DNA from: Cyanobacteria bacterium P01_D01_bin.156
GTDB taxonomy: Bacteria; Cyanobacteriota; Cyanobacteriia; Phormidesmidales; Phormidesmidaceae
Assembly: GCA_039024555.1 (NCBI GenBank)
Contig: JBCCQQ010000023.1
Span: 1 to 64,000 of the forward strand
Direction of reading: 5' to 3'
Length of the DNA stretch: 64,000 bases
Part shown: positions 20,875 to 30,471 of the stretch, piece by piece
Numbering within the stretch: the stretch's first letter is position 1
Layout of the letters: every line of letters begins with the position of its first letter
Program-made: the position numbers and the translations under genes
The notes under the pieces: generated by a model
What the model was told of the DNA's origin: nothing
The model's database searches: none
Seen by the model: only the letters and a program-made list of their open reading frames with translations

Positions 20875-21287
20875 GCTTTTAGAGTTTCCTGCTGCAGTTT
20901 GTTCTTATTGGTTCAGCCTACATCAATTAGGTGGTTGAGGTGCGAGGAGCATACCTTTAAAGTGTTCAAATCCAAACCGATTTAATGGCTCAACACGATT
21001 GGTGTTAATAACATAGTGGAGGGCGGTTGTGTATATATCTGGGGCAGAACCGATGATAGCGAATGTTTCCCTTTGAAGAATTGGGAGAGTCAAAAGGTCA
21101 TAATCGCCGTCTCAACAGTGCACACTGGCAATAGTAATTAGCTTAATATAGAATACTTAGACTGATGCCGATATTCTAAGAACCGCGATTGATAAAACTC
21201 AAACTTCTGTAGAATCAGGTTATGCAACACTCTCAGCCAGTTACCTTTGTAAGCTAGCCAGGGGGAAATACTTCTCAAAAGCTCTGT

Positions 21288-22361
21288 TTATATTAGAGCA
21301 TATACACTATCGTAATAGGCACGATACTCTTCCGATAGGAGAGGACGCCACCAGTTTTGATTAGCTAGATACCATTTAACAGTTTGTTTAAGCCCTTGTT
21401 CAACGCTAATGCTGGGTGTCCAACCGAGCTTTTGTTGAACTTTAGTTGAGTCGATGGCGTAACGGCGGTCATGGCCTTGGCGATCCTGTACAAACGTGAT
21501 GAGCTCTTTAGATGGTCTAACTGGGATATCTGGGGCAAGCTCATCTAGAATGTCACACAACATGTGAACCAAATCTAGATTTTTGACTTCATTATTGCCA
21601 CCAATGTTGTACATTTCCCCAGGCTGGCTTTTTTCTAGTACGGTAGCTACTGCGCTACAGTGATCGCTCACATGCAACCAATCACGAATATTTTGCCCAT
21701 CACCATAAATTGGCAAATTCTTGCCGGTCAGGATGTTGATACATATCAGTGGAATCAGCTTTTCTGGAAACTGATAAGGCCCATAATTATTAGAACAGTT
21801 GGTGATTAGAGTTGGTAGCCCATATGTATGAAAATAGGAGCGTACAAGATGATCGCTACCAGCTTTGGACGCTGAGTAGGGGCTGTTTGGTGAGTAGGGT
21901 GTTGTTTCAGAAAATGCTGGATCGGTAGAACTTAAACTGCCGTAGACTTCATCCGTTGAGATGTGATGGAATCGATAGTCTGAGGGCTTATCTTCAGCCT
22001 GCCAGCGCATTCGAAAGCTCTCTAAAAGACTAAATGTGCCGACTACATTTGTTTGTACAAAAGCACCAGGACCCAGAATGGAACGATCTACATGAGATTC
22101 TGCCGCAAAGTGTACAAGAGTATCGATCTTCTCTTCGCTGAGGAGAGAATCAACTAGAGTGCGATCGCAAATATCACCCTGAACAAATCTATATGTGATT
22201 TTTTGCTCTAATCCCTCCAGATTCGATCGATTCCCAGCATAGGTTAGGGCATCAAGAACAACTATCCGATCATTTGGATAATGTTGTTGCCAATAATGCA
22301 CAAAATTAGCACCAATAAACCCTGCTCCACCTGTAATTAGTAATCTTCTAGATTGACTCAT
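21288..22361 (-). CDS. rfbB: dTDP-glucose 4,6-dehydratase
   Basis: ITGGAGFIG, FAAESHVDRSI, STDEVYG and YSASKA. Confidence 0.98.
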   Translation of the reverse strand: MSQSRRLLITGGAGFIGANFVHYWQQHYPNDRIVVLDALTYAGNRSNLEGLEQKITYRFVQGDICDRTLVDSLLSEEKIDTLVHFAAESHVDRSILGPGAFVQTNVVGTFSLLESFRMRWQAEDKPSDYRFHHISTDEVYGSLSSTDPAFSETTPYSPNSPYSASKAGSDHLVRSYFHTYGLPTLITNCSNNYGPYQFPEKLIPLICINILTGKNLPIYGDGQNIRDWLHVSDHCSAVATVLEKSQPGEMYNIGGNNEVKNLDLVHMLCDILDELAPDIPVRPSKELITFVQDRQGHDRRYAIDSTKVQQKLGWTPSISVEQGLKQTVKWYLANQNWWRPLLSEEYRAYYDSVYALI

Positions 22362-22375
22362 AATTTCTACATCTC

Positions 22376-23458
22376 CTACGTAAGCTGAACCTGACTATCA
22401 TCACCTAGCATTAATCTCAATGCCTTGGGCCGTCGTTCAGAGTTTGTCAGCTGTACCCGCTGTCCAATTAAACTATCAACGATACGTTGGTCAACAGCTT
22501 CTATTTTTGTCCCTTCAAGGATCACACTGTGGCTAATGTCAGCATCTATGAGGATGACATTGTCAGCGATGCTGCTATGGGGGCCAATAAAGCTATTTTG
22601 AATGTGGCAATTTTTTCCAATATGCACTGGCCCACGAATCATACAATTGCGAATTGTACTGTTTGCTCCGATGTGGACTCGACCAGCAATTTGACTCTCG
22701 TTATCAGCATCTCCATGTAGCTGACTACCTGCTAGGTAGGTATCTAGAATGATTCTGTTCGCTTCCAGTAAGTCATCCTTTTTGCCTGTATCTAGCCACC
22801 ATCCAGATAAACGCTCTGATATTACATTTTTTTCTGTGTTAATTAGTTTTTGAATCGCATCTGTAATTTCTAACTCACCACGCGGTGATGGCTGAATATT
22901 AGCAATTGCATGATGAATGTCCGGAGAAAATATATATACGCCAACTAGAGCTAAGTCAGACGGTGGATTTTTAGGCTTTTCCACTAAAGCAACAACCTCT
23001 CCTTTATCAGTTACTTTAGCTACCCCGAATGCCCTGGGGTCATCCACTTGTCTTAAAAGAATGAGTGAGCTTGCATCACGTTCCTTGAATTGGTTAACAA
23101 ACCCCGATAGGTCATCTTGAATTAGGTTATCTCCTAGATACATTACAAATGGAGAGTCTTCTAAAAATGATTGGGCTACCTTAACTGCATGAGCTAGCCC
23201 TGCAGGCTCTGATTGCAAAATATAGGTAATGTTAGCTCCAAATCGATCGCCATTACCAGTTTTTCGACGAATCTCTTCACCCGTTTCGGGGCTGATGATA
23301 ATACCAATGTCAACAATTCCAGCGGCTACGATACTTTCGATGCCGTACCAAAGTATGGGTTTATTCGCTACAGGGACCAATTGTTTAGCTCCTGTATGGG
23401 TGAGTGGCCTTAATCGAGTACCTCGGCCACCAGAGAGAATAATTGCTTTCATGGCCAT
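22376..23458 (-). CDS. rfbA: Glucose-1-phosphate thymidylyltransferase (long form)
   Basis: GGRGTRLRPLT, RGELEITDA, WLDTG and a C-terminal left-handed beta-helix. Confidence 0.95.
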   Translation of the reverse strand: MAMKAIILSGGRGTRLRPLTHTGAKQLVPVANKPILWYGIESIVAAGIVDIGIIISPETGEEIRRKTGNGDRFGANITYILQSEPAGLAHAVKVAQSFLEDSPFVMYLGDNLIQDDLSGFVNQFKERDASSLILLRQVDDPRAFGVAKVTDKGEVVALVEKPKNPPSDLALVGVYIFSPDIHHAIANIQPSPRGELEITDAIQKLINTEKNVISERLSGWWLDTGKKDDLLEANRIILDTYLAGSQLHGDADNESQIAGRVHIGANSTIRNCMIRGPVHIGKNCHIQNSFIGPHSSIADNVILIDADISHSVILEGTKIEAVDQRIVDSLIGQRVQLTNSERRPKALRLMLGDDSQVQLT

Positions 23459-24331
23459 CTATGAGTACAGTTCAGTTAACATCGATCTAAGGGAGTCTCT
23501 CCAATAAGGGAGAGTTGTTCCTATTAAATTTCTAAGTTTGACATTTGACATAGCAGAATAAGCAGGACGCTTAGCAGGTAATGGATATTCTTCAGTTGTG
23601 ATTGGCTTTATCTCTTTGACTTTTAAGGGAACACCCAAATGTCTTGCTTCTTCTACGGCAGCTATAGCGAGGTCGTACCAACTAGCTACTCCACTGTTTG
23701 TACAGTGATAAACCCCATATGTATTTTTATCCAAAGCTGGAAGAACGGTTGTAATGGTGTTTGCAATATCTTGAGCCCAAGTTGGTGTACTGACTTGGTC
23801 CTCGACAATGGTTAGAAGCGCTCTTTCTTTGGCTAGGCGTAAAATCGTTTTAACAAAATTACCCTTGCCTTGGGCTCCATGAACCCATGCGGTACGGAGA
23901 ATTACATATTTCCCATCTACACGTTGGATAGCTTCTTCTCCAGCAAGTTTAGAGGCTCCATAAACACTACCCGGATTTGTCTCATCGGTTTCCTTGTAGG
24001 GAAGCCCTTTGAGTCCGTCAAATACATAGTCTGTTGAAATATGTATCAGTGTTGTGCCACATTTTTGAGCGGCCAAAGCCATTTGTTCTGGCGCATCTCT
24101 ATTAATCCTGTAGGCTAATTCAGGTTCAGTCTCTGCTTTGTCAACGGCAGTGTAAGCGGCAGCATTGATAATTGCATCAGGATGTAGCGCGGTGATTTTT
24201 GGAATGATGTCATTGATATTGCATAGATCAATATCATGACGACTCCAGCTAATAACATTCCCCAGTTTTTTCAGGCTCGAACTAAGCTCCTGTCCCACCT
24301 GGCCTTGGGAGCCAACGAGTAATAATTTCAT
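23459..24331 (-). CDS. rfbD: dTDP-4-dehydrorhamnose reductase
   Basis: AAAYTAVDKAE, HISTDYVFDG and YGASKLAGE. Confidence 0.97.
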   Translation of the reverse strand: MKLLLVGSQGQVGQELSSSLKKLGNVISWSRHDIDLCNINDIIPKITALHPDAIINAAAYTAVDKAETEPELAYRINRDAPEQMALAAQKCGTTLIHISTDYVFDGLKGLPYKETDETNPGSVYGASKLAGEEAIQRVDGKYVILRTAWVHGAQGKGNFVKTILRLAKERALLTIVEDQVSTPTWAQDIANTITTVLPALDKNTYGVYHCTNSGVASWYDLAIAAVEEARHLGVPLKVKEIKPITTEEYPLPAKRPAYSAMSNVKLRNLIGTTLPYWRDSLRSMLTELYS

Positions 24332-24876
24332 GGATAGATCTCTGCATCTTTAAAGGCGACACCGGCGAGGTCTTTGTCTGAAAGGACAGGGCTAAGACCT
24401 TTCAGAGGCCAATCGATAGCTAAATCTGAATCATTCCAACGGATACTGTGTTCATATTCCGGTGCGTAGTAATCCGTTGTTTTATAAAGTACTTCAGCTA
24501 CATCCGACATAACCAAAAAACCATGGGCAAAGCCTGGTGGCACCCATAATTGATGGGTGTTTTCAGCACTTAGTGCCACACCAATCCATTGCCCAAATGT
24601 AGGTGAACTTGCCCGAATATCGACAGCAACGTCAAAAATTTCGCCAATGATGACTCGTACTAACTTTCCCTGTGCCTGTTTTGTCTGGTAATGCAAACCG
24701 CGTAATATTCCTCGCTTAGAACGAGAATGATTATCCTGAACAAAATGAGACAAGTTACCAACCTTTTCTGAAAAGAGCTTTTGATTAAAACTCTCAAAGA
24801 AAAAACCACGATGGTCACCAAATACTTGCGGCTCTAGGAGAACCACATCTTGAATCTTAGTATGTTTAACTCTCAT
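24328..24876 (-). CDS. rfbC: dTDP-4-dehydrorhamnose 3,5-epimerase
   Basis: DHRGFF, QDNHSRS, LRGLHYQ and PPGFAHGF. Confidence 0.98.
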   Translation of the reverse strand: MRVKHTKIQDVVLLEPQVFGDHRGFFFESFNQKLFSEKVGNLSHFVQDNHSRSKRGILRGLHYQTKQAQGKLVRVIIGEIFDVAVDIRASSPTFGQWIGVALSAENTHQLWVPPGFAHGFLVMSDVAEVLYKTTDYYAPEYEHSIRWNDSDLAIDWPLKGLSPVLSDKDLAGVAFKDAEIYP

Positions 24877-25225
24877 TAATTAAAAAGCTGCGATACCCTA
24901 AATAAGCCAACTAGTTGGAGACACACCAACGAAAGCAAAAGAGATGTAGACAGATTAATAAAATACTGTATGTGATTTAGAACTTTTTATAACCATATCC
25001 AGAAATAGGTAAATTGCTCGTATGTTTTGCTACAGACATTCTTTTTCATAAATGTACCTGGCATGAAAAAAAGTGTTTGGCCGTCTGCCAGCGCACGAAT
25101 AACTTAGATAAAGAATAATGCCTATTTATTGATGATTTTGTAGGGATTTTGTAGGGATTTTATGAAGTATGGTGAAGTCTTTGTAATTAAAGCTATATTC
25201 TCCTAACAATGAAGGTGTTTCAAGG

Positions 25226-25470
25226 TTGGTTGGCTGACGAAAAAAAAATCCGATGGTTAAGGTTGCTCCCCCCGAATCGAGGTCATTGTGCTCAAAGTCA
25301 GAAATGTCGAATATGCAGCACGATACTGAATGGGAAAGTTTGTGTGGTTTTGAGTAATCAAACGCTCCCATTCAAAACGTTTCAGGAGTATAGTTGGCGT
25401 TTCCATATTGAGGAAACGTTCTTAAATGACGAATTCAATGGGGAAGCCCCGCCTTTTGTCAGCCCGCCAG
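25226..25470 (+). mobile_element. Internally deleted IS4-family element remnant
   Basis: Residual TFQEYSWRFHIEETFLND (IS4-type Y-R-E-K region). Imperfect terminal repeats: TTGGTTGGCTGACGAAA vs CTGGCGGGCTGACAAAA (reverse complement of the right end), 13/17 identical. Confidence 0.7.
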
Positions 25471-25501
25471 CCCTTTTTTATAAAGCCCTTAGATGTTTAT
25501 C

Positions 25502-26179
25502 CTATTGTCTTGCAGCAGCCAATTCAAATGCTGTTGTTGCTTTGGCTGTTTGTTCACTAGCAAAAAGTGCTTCAGCGATGTGAGGGGCAAATGTGAATGT
25601 ATTCATCCCTTTTGCTGCTAAGGACGAAATATCTGTGCTGTTGCGAATGCTAGCTGTGAGAATACGGGTGGAGCTTTGAACACCGTTTAAGGCCTGTTGC
25701 ATCATTGCTACTATTTCTAGACCATTCCCAGTTACATCGTTAATGCGTCCTAGGTAAGGTGCGGCATAGTCTGCTCCTATCGCTGCTGCAATTAAAATTT
25801 GTGGTACTTCGTAGACGGCTGTTAAAGTTACCCGCACGCTATTTTTAATTAGGGTAGTGGCTGCTTCAGTACCCAGACGTGTGATGGGTACTTTGACAAC
25901 AATTCTTGGGTCGATCGCAGCTAGAGATTGTCCGGTTGTTATAAGGTCTTCTTTAGTGCTGCCCCAAGTCTGTAGGTGTACTTCTTGAGCTCCGAAGTCA
26001 AATGCTGTTGTTGCAAGCTTAGTGAGTGATTCAAGGTCGCAAGGAACCTGAGCCTTTTCTAATAACAGTGGGTTAGAGGTGACTCCATAGAAAATGCCTA
26101 CAGGCAGCCATGATTTCCAGGCTTTAATATCAGCGGTATCTAAGTAAAGGCGTAAGCTCACAGGTGGGTTCCCATACAC
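25502..26179 (-). CDS. Transaldolase / fructose-6-phosphate aldolase family protein
   Basis: LYLDTAD, GVTSNP, VVKVP, YAAPYLGR and ILTASIR. Confidence 0.9.
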   Translation of the reverse strand: MYGNPPVSLRLYLDTADIKAWKSWLPVGIFYGVTSNPLLLEKAQVPCDLESLTKLATTAFDFGAQEVHLQTWGSTKEDLITTGQSLAAIDPRIVVKVPITRLGTEAATTLIKNSVRVTLTAVYEVPQILIAAAIGADYAAPYLGRINDVTGNGLEIVAMMQQALNGVQSSTRILTASIRNSTDISSLAAKGMNTFTFAPHIAEALFASEQTAKATTAFELAAARQ

Positions 26180-26195
26180 TGTATCAATAGTATAT

Positions 26196-27743
26196 TTATG
26201 GGCTTAAAACACCAATTTCTTCTAATACTGATTGATGCTTTTTTACAGGAGCCAGAGTATTGGCTAGGAGCATGCCACTGGCGGCAACAGCTGGGAGACC
26301 GATGCCAGGGAATGTGGAATCTCCACAGCACCACAGGTTTTTAATGGGTGTCTGTGGCCCCGGGAAGACGCCCTTTCCAGCTTGGATGGCAGGTCCATAG
26401 GATCCATGGTGACGGCGCAGAAATCGGCTATGGGTCAGAGGGGTGCCTACCAATGTGGTCTCGCATCGAGAGCGCACATTGGGAATCACTCTTTCTAGGG
26501 CATGCCACATGACTTCGGCTCTTTGCTGTTTTAGTTGTGCGTAGTCAGGGCTGCGGCGATCTAAACCAGCCCAGGGTGCGTAGGGTTCGTTGCCTGGGGT
26601 ATATACGTGAATGGTATGTTTTTTGGGGGGAGCTAGGCTTGGATCAAGCACGGATGGGATTGAGATAAGCACTAGGTTTTGGGGCGCGTTGATGCCTAAA
26701 CTCCAATCATTGACAACGATGTAGTGACAGGCTAATTTTTCGAGCCCTGTTGCATCAATGCCGAGATGTAGATGCATAAAACTGTCGCATTCAGGGATAG
26801 TCTGGCGTTTTTTGGAAAACTGTTTCAGCTTTTTTGGCAGCTTTGGCAAAAGCTTTAAGGTGTCCCAGACGGAGGCATTAGAGATAACGGCTTTTGTTGC
26901 CTTTATATTTTCTCCACTGCGGAGTTTGACGCCGATGGCGCGATCGCAATCCAATAAAACTTCTTCTACATGACTGTTGAGTCTGAGGTCGCCACCATAT
27001 TTCTGAAGGCCTCGTACCACTGCATCAACTAAAGCGGCACTTCCTCCCTGTGGATAATCTAAACGTACATTGGGACGATACCAGTCTGCAAACATAAACG
27101 CTACTTCAGCCGCAATAGTGCCATTAGCAGGTAAGCCAGATAGCAGAAAGCACAACATATCTAACCAATTATGGACAAACTCATCTTGTACGATATTGTT
27201 CATAATGCGGCTAAATGGCCCCGTGAGCTTTGCTACTTGGCCAGTTTGCTTTAAGAGGTCGGGCAAAAAGGGATATGCTGTCCGCAGAACACCCAAATCT
27301 AATCGCATAGCAGCTGGCGGTAAAGCAACAGCCGCTTTCCCCAGTGGTTCCATCACCTGTTGCAGGTGACGCCATTCTTGTACAGCTGTGTCTCCTCGCA
27401 ATGTTTGTAGTACGTCGCAAAATTGCTCGGCACCAACTTTCGTTTCAAAGTCTCCTTCGGGTAAGCAGCAGCCCCAAGTATCGTAGTTTAGCCAAGTTGC
27501 ATCTTCACCGATGGCATCTAATACTTGTCTGAGTGGATTCGGGGACGGGCTGTAGGATAATCCCGAATATAAGGATGGACCAGAATCAAACAGAAATCCC
27601 TGGCGCTCAAATCCATGGGCTGCTCCGCCAGCAATACTATGGCTCTCGCAGACAACAACATCGTAACCATAACGAGCGAGTAGAGCACCACAGCAAAGGC
27701 CACCGATACCGCTACCAACAATGATGATTTCTGTAGACTCCAT
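26196..27743 (-). CDS. Phytoene desaturase / carotenoid isomerase-like FAD oxidoreductase
   Basis: GSGIGG, FDSGPSL, GTPLTHSRFL and GDSTFPGIGLPAVAASG. Confidence 0.85.
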   Translation of the reverse strand: MESTEIIIVGSGIGGLCCGALLARYGYDVVVCESHSIAGGAAHGFERQGFLFDSGPSLYSGLSYSPSPNPLRQVLDAIGEDATWLNYDTWGCCLPEGDFETKVGAEQFCDVLQTLRGDTAVQEWRHLQQVMEPLGKAAVALPPAAMRLDLGVLRTAYPFLPDLLKQTGQVAKLTGPFSRIMNNIVQDEFVHNWLDMLCFLLSGLPANGTIAAEVAFMFADWYRPNVRLDYPQGGSAALVDAVVRGLQKYGGDLRLNSHVEEVLLDCDRAIGVKLRSGENIKATKAVISNASVWDTLKLLPKLPKKLKQFSKKRQTIPECDSFMHLHLGIDATGLEKLACHYIVVNDWSLGINAPQNLVLISIPSVLDPSLAPPKKHTIHVYTPGNEPYAPWAGLDRRSPDYAQLKQQRAEVMWHALERVIPNVRSRCETTLVGTPLTHSRFLRRHHGSYGPAIQAGKGVFPGPQTPIKNLWCCGDSTFPGIGLPAVAASGMLLANTLAPVKKHQSVLEEIGVLSP

Positions 27744-27796
27744 GAAAAACTATTAACTCAAGAAAGACATAGAAAAAAGTCAGAAAACAAACAAGC

Positions 27797-27840
27797 CAAA
27801 GCCAACCCAGTCAGCAGAGCAGCCTTTGACTGGGTTGGCT
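27797..27840 (-). terminator. Intrinsic terminator-like hairpin upstream of the carotenoid oxidoreductase gene
   Basis: 14-bp perfect stem AGCCAACCCAGTCA / TGACTGGGTTGGCT with a T-rich tail on the minus strand. Confidence 0.7.
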
Positions 27841-28045
27841 CATGGTATAGGCGTTTTTAAAGGAACCGGTTCGATATTGAACTTCAGAGGGTCCTAAGCT
27901 CTGAAGACTAATCGTTAGTCTATCGGAGTGGTTAGCTAGTTTCAGCGACTGAGTAATAAAACGCCAATGTCGCTTGCAAAACTTCAAAAATCGCTATTAC
28001 TGATTTAAGAGATGAATCGTTTCGGGGAGCAGCAATGCCGAAAAA

Positions 28046-28813
28046 TTACCACGGCAACCGACTCCCATCCCAGGAAAAGAACGAGCCGTTGTCCTTCAGA
28101 GTAACGGTTTCTAATACGGCCATGAGGAGCCCTACGGTTTTGCCCACTGGAAAAAGTTTTTCGGGGGGGACTCCCCTTTGAAAGGGTTCTGATAGGCGTG
28201 TGTCGGTGGTGCCTGGATGTAAAAGGATAATGGCTGTCTGCTTGCTGCGGCGACTGTACTCAATGGCAGCAGTTTTGAGAAACATGTTGAGGGCTGCTTT
28301 GGAGGCTCGGTAGCCATACCATCCCCCTAGGCGGTTGTCTTCAATGCTGCCAATTTTGGCGGAGATAGTGGCGAAGACATTGGGTTGTTTATGGTTCAGT
28401 AGGGGGAGTAAATGCTTAGCCAGTAATGCTGAGCCAATGCTGTTGACCTGAAAATAGCGCATGAGATGGTCGGCATTGAGCTGTCTGAGGGCTTTTTCAG
28501 GAGTGATGGAACCTTCGTGTAAAAAGCCAACGCAGTTAATCACAAAATGCAGTTGACCTTGGATAGCTTGAATCTGAGCTAGCCCATTTTCTATTTGGGC
28601 TTCATCAGTCAGGTCCATGGAAATGCAGTGGAGCCGTGGGTTTTGTTGGGCCAACTGCAATAGCTTACTAGCGGATTGGGAGTGGCGATAGGTGGCGAAT
28701 ACGTGGCTAAAACGATTGTCTTGAAGCAATGCTTGGACAAACCCAAAACCAATGCCGCGGTTGCCACCAACAACGAGGGCTTGGCCTGTCTGAAGCTGAG
28801 ACAAAATTTGCAT
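28046..28813 (-). CDS. Short-chain dehydrogenase/reductase (C-factor/CsgA-like)
   Basis: GGNRGIG, GGWYGYRASKAALN and HPGTTDT. Confidence 0.9.
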   Translation of the reverse strand: MQILSQLQTGQALVVGGNRGIGFGFVQALLQDNRFSHVFATYRHSQSASKLLQLAQQNPRLHCISMDLTDEAQIENGLAQIQAIQGQLHFVINCVGFLHEGSITPEKALRQLNADHLMRYFQVNSIGSALLAKHLLPLLNHKQPNVFATISAKIGSIEDNRLGGWYGYRASKAALNMFLKTAAIEYSRRSKQTAIILLHPGTTDTRLSEPFQRGVPPEKLFPVGKTVGLLMAVLETVTLKDNGSFFSWDGSRLPW

Positions 28814-28895
28814 GGGTGAGCTGTGGATAGTAAAGCGCTAGCGTAAGATAGCGCAGACGGGTTGGATAGGCTATGAAGCATGGGGAAAAATTGAT

Positions 28896-29750
28896 ATGGG
28901 AGCAGCTGTGAATCCATTTGCTGAGCCTACGGGGTTTGTGGCTGGTGTGGATATAACGACGGCTCCCACGGGAGTAGCCTGGTGGTTTTGTTTTTGTGGC
29001 TCAAAGATGCTGGTGACTGTGGATGAAGTCCATGAGACGGTTGGTATCCCTCGTGGAAAGAATTTGGAGGATATGGGGATAAAGGAGGTGCGATCGCAGT
29101 TCCTTGGCACCTTAAATAACCAAGCCTGCTATGGTGTGCAGCTTCCCAAAGACCTAGAACTACTACCAGGGATGGATCTTCAACGCTTGCGAGGACTGTA
29201 TGGTCAACTCGACGATAACCTATTTGCGATTGCTGGCCGTGCTACTCAGATTGTGGAGTGGGACCGTACCCATCAATATTGTGGATGCTGTGCCACCCCC
29301 CTAGAACAAGCGAGTGATGAACGGGTAAAACGCTGCCCCAAGTGTGGTTTGAGCCAGTATCCTCGGTTATCCCCTGCGGTGATTATGTTGGTGTACCGTG
29401 GGTCAGAAGTGCTTCTGGCCCGTGCCCCACGGTTTCGAGAAGGGATGTACAGCGTGCTAGCTGGATTTGTGGAACCTGGAGAATCTCTGGAGGAAACGGT
29501 AGCGCGGGAAGTATTTGAAGAAGTCGGTGTTGCGGTAACCGATATTCGTTATTTTGGTTCCCAGCCTTGGCCCTTTCCCAATTCCCTGATGATTGGCTTT
29601 ACCGCTCGCTATGCTGGTGGTGCCATTGTGATGGACCCTAAGGAAATCGAAGCCGCTGGGTGGTTTACCGGGGAGACTTTACCCCCTGTACCTGGCAAAC
29701 TCAGCATTGCCCGTAAGCTTATTGACTGCTTTATTAATGATCACGAATAG
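28896..29750 (+). CDS. nudC: NAD(+) diphosphatase
   Basis: Zn-ribbon cysteines, Nudix box GFVEPGESLEETVAREVFEEVG and SQPWPFP. Confidence 0.95.
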   Translation: MGAAVNPFAEPTGFVAGVDITTAPTGVAWWFCFCGSKMLVTVDEVHETVGIPRGKNLEDMGIKEVRSQFLGTLNNQACYGVQLPKDLELLPGMDLQRLRGLYGQLDDNLFAIAGRATQIVEWDRTHQYCGCCATPLEQASDERVKRCPKCGLSQYPRLSPAVIMLVYRGSEVLLARAPRFREGMYSVLAGFVEPGESLEETVAREVFEEVGVAVTDIRYFGSQPWPFPNSLMIGFTARYAGGAIVMDPKEIEAAGWFTGETLPPVPGKLSIARKLIDCFINDHE

Positions 29751-30327
29751 CCACGTTATTTTGAATCTTGCTCTGTTGGGGCGGCGGTCTAAAACCCACT
29801 TAAACAGTGCCATCTTTTGGGGGGCGTTAGTACCTGATTTGGCTATGTTTGGCTTTTATGGGTGGGCTAAACTGATTGCCCGCATGGACGAGGCAACCAT
29901 CTGGAATGAGGCGTTTTTTGAACCCTTTTGGCAAGATATTTTTGCGGTGGGCAATTCGATTCCTTTGGCTGTGCTAGCCATTGGCATTGCCCTATGGCTG
30001 CAGCGGCGGTACCCCCGATGGCAGACCCTGGCGACCACGATTATTTTTCTTGCCTTAAGTGTGATTTTGCACTGTTTGGCAGATTTACCCCTCCATGCGG
30101 ATGACGGTCACCGACACTTTTGGCCCCTGAGCAATTTTCGCTATCAAAGTCCTGTTTCTTATTGGGATCCAGCTCACCACGGGAGACTCTTTGCTCTAGT
30201 GGAAGGAGGGCTGGTATTGCTGGCAAGTGTATGGGTGTGGCGGTTGTTGCGATCGCGCTGGGCCAGAGTCCTATTGATTGGTAGTAATGTCTTGATGGGA
30301 ATTGCTTACACTCAATTCTACTTGTAG
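29737..30327 (+). CDS. Membrane-bound metal-dependent hydrolase-like protein
   Basis: MITNSH, GALVPD, LHCLADLPLHADDGHRHFWP and PVSYWDP; the ATG at 29737 overlaps the nudC end. Confidence 0.7.
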   Translation: MITNSHVILNLALLGRRSKTHLNSAIFWGALVPDLAMFGFYGWAKLIARMDEATIWNEAFFEPFWQDIFAVGNSIPLAVLAIGIALWLQRRYPRWQTLATTIIFLALSVILHCLADLPLHADDGHRHFWPLSNFRYQSPVSYWDPAHHGRLFALVEGGLVLLASVWVWRLLRSRWARVLLIGSNVLMGIAYTQFYL

Positions 30328-30375
30328 CAATCTTGTAGCAATCAGTTGCCTGCCCACAATATTTTTCATCGAGAG

Positions 30376-30401
30376 TAATCCGATTTGAATTTGAGTCCGT
30401 A
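30376..30401 (+). promoter_or_regulatory. Putative ECF-sigma autoregulatory promoter
   Basis: TAATCC-N15-CCGTA upstream of the ECF gene; same layout as SigK-type CCATCC-N15-CCGAA. Confidence 0.45.
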
Positions 30402-30471
30402 TTTTTTGATGAAAATAACTTAACGTCAAACACCATCTAAGATAGCGGAGTCGGTTTTTGCCGGTATACAC

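Noticed and set aside
20920..20985. Possible transposase fragment (IRWLRCEEHTFKVFKS)
   Set aside because: Too short and only loosely similar to the DDE RW-E-FK motif.
25209..25583. 124-aa ORF as a real gene
   Set aside because: Read-through of the IS4 relic into the antisense strand of the transaldolase gene.
26196..27743. Naming the gene crtH or crtI
   Set aside because: The family is clear, but cyanobacteria have several paralogs and orthology cannot be settled by eye.
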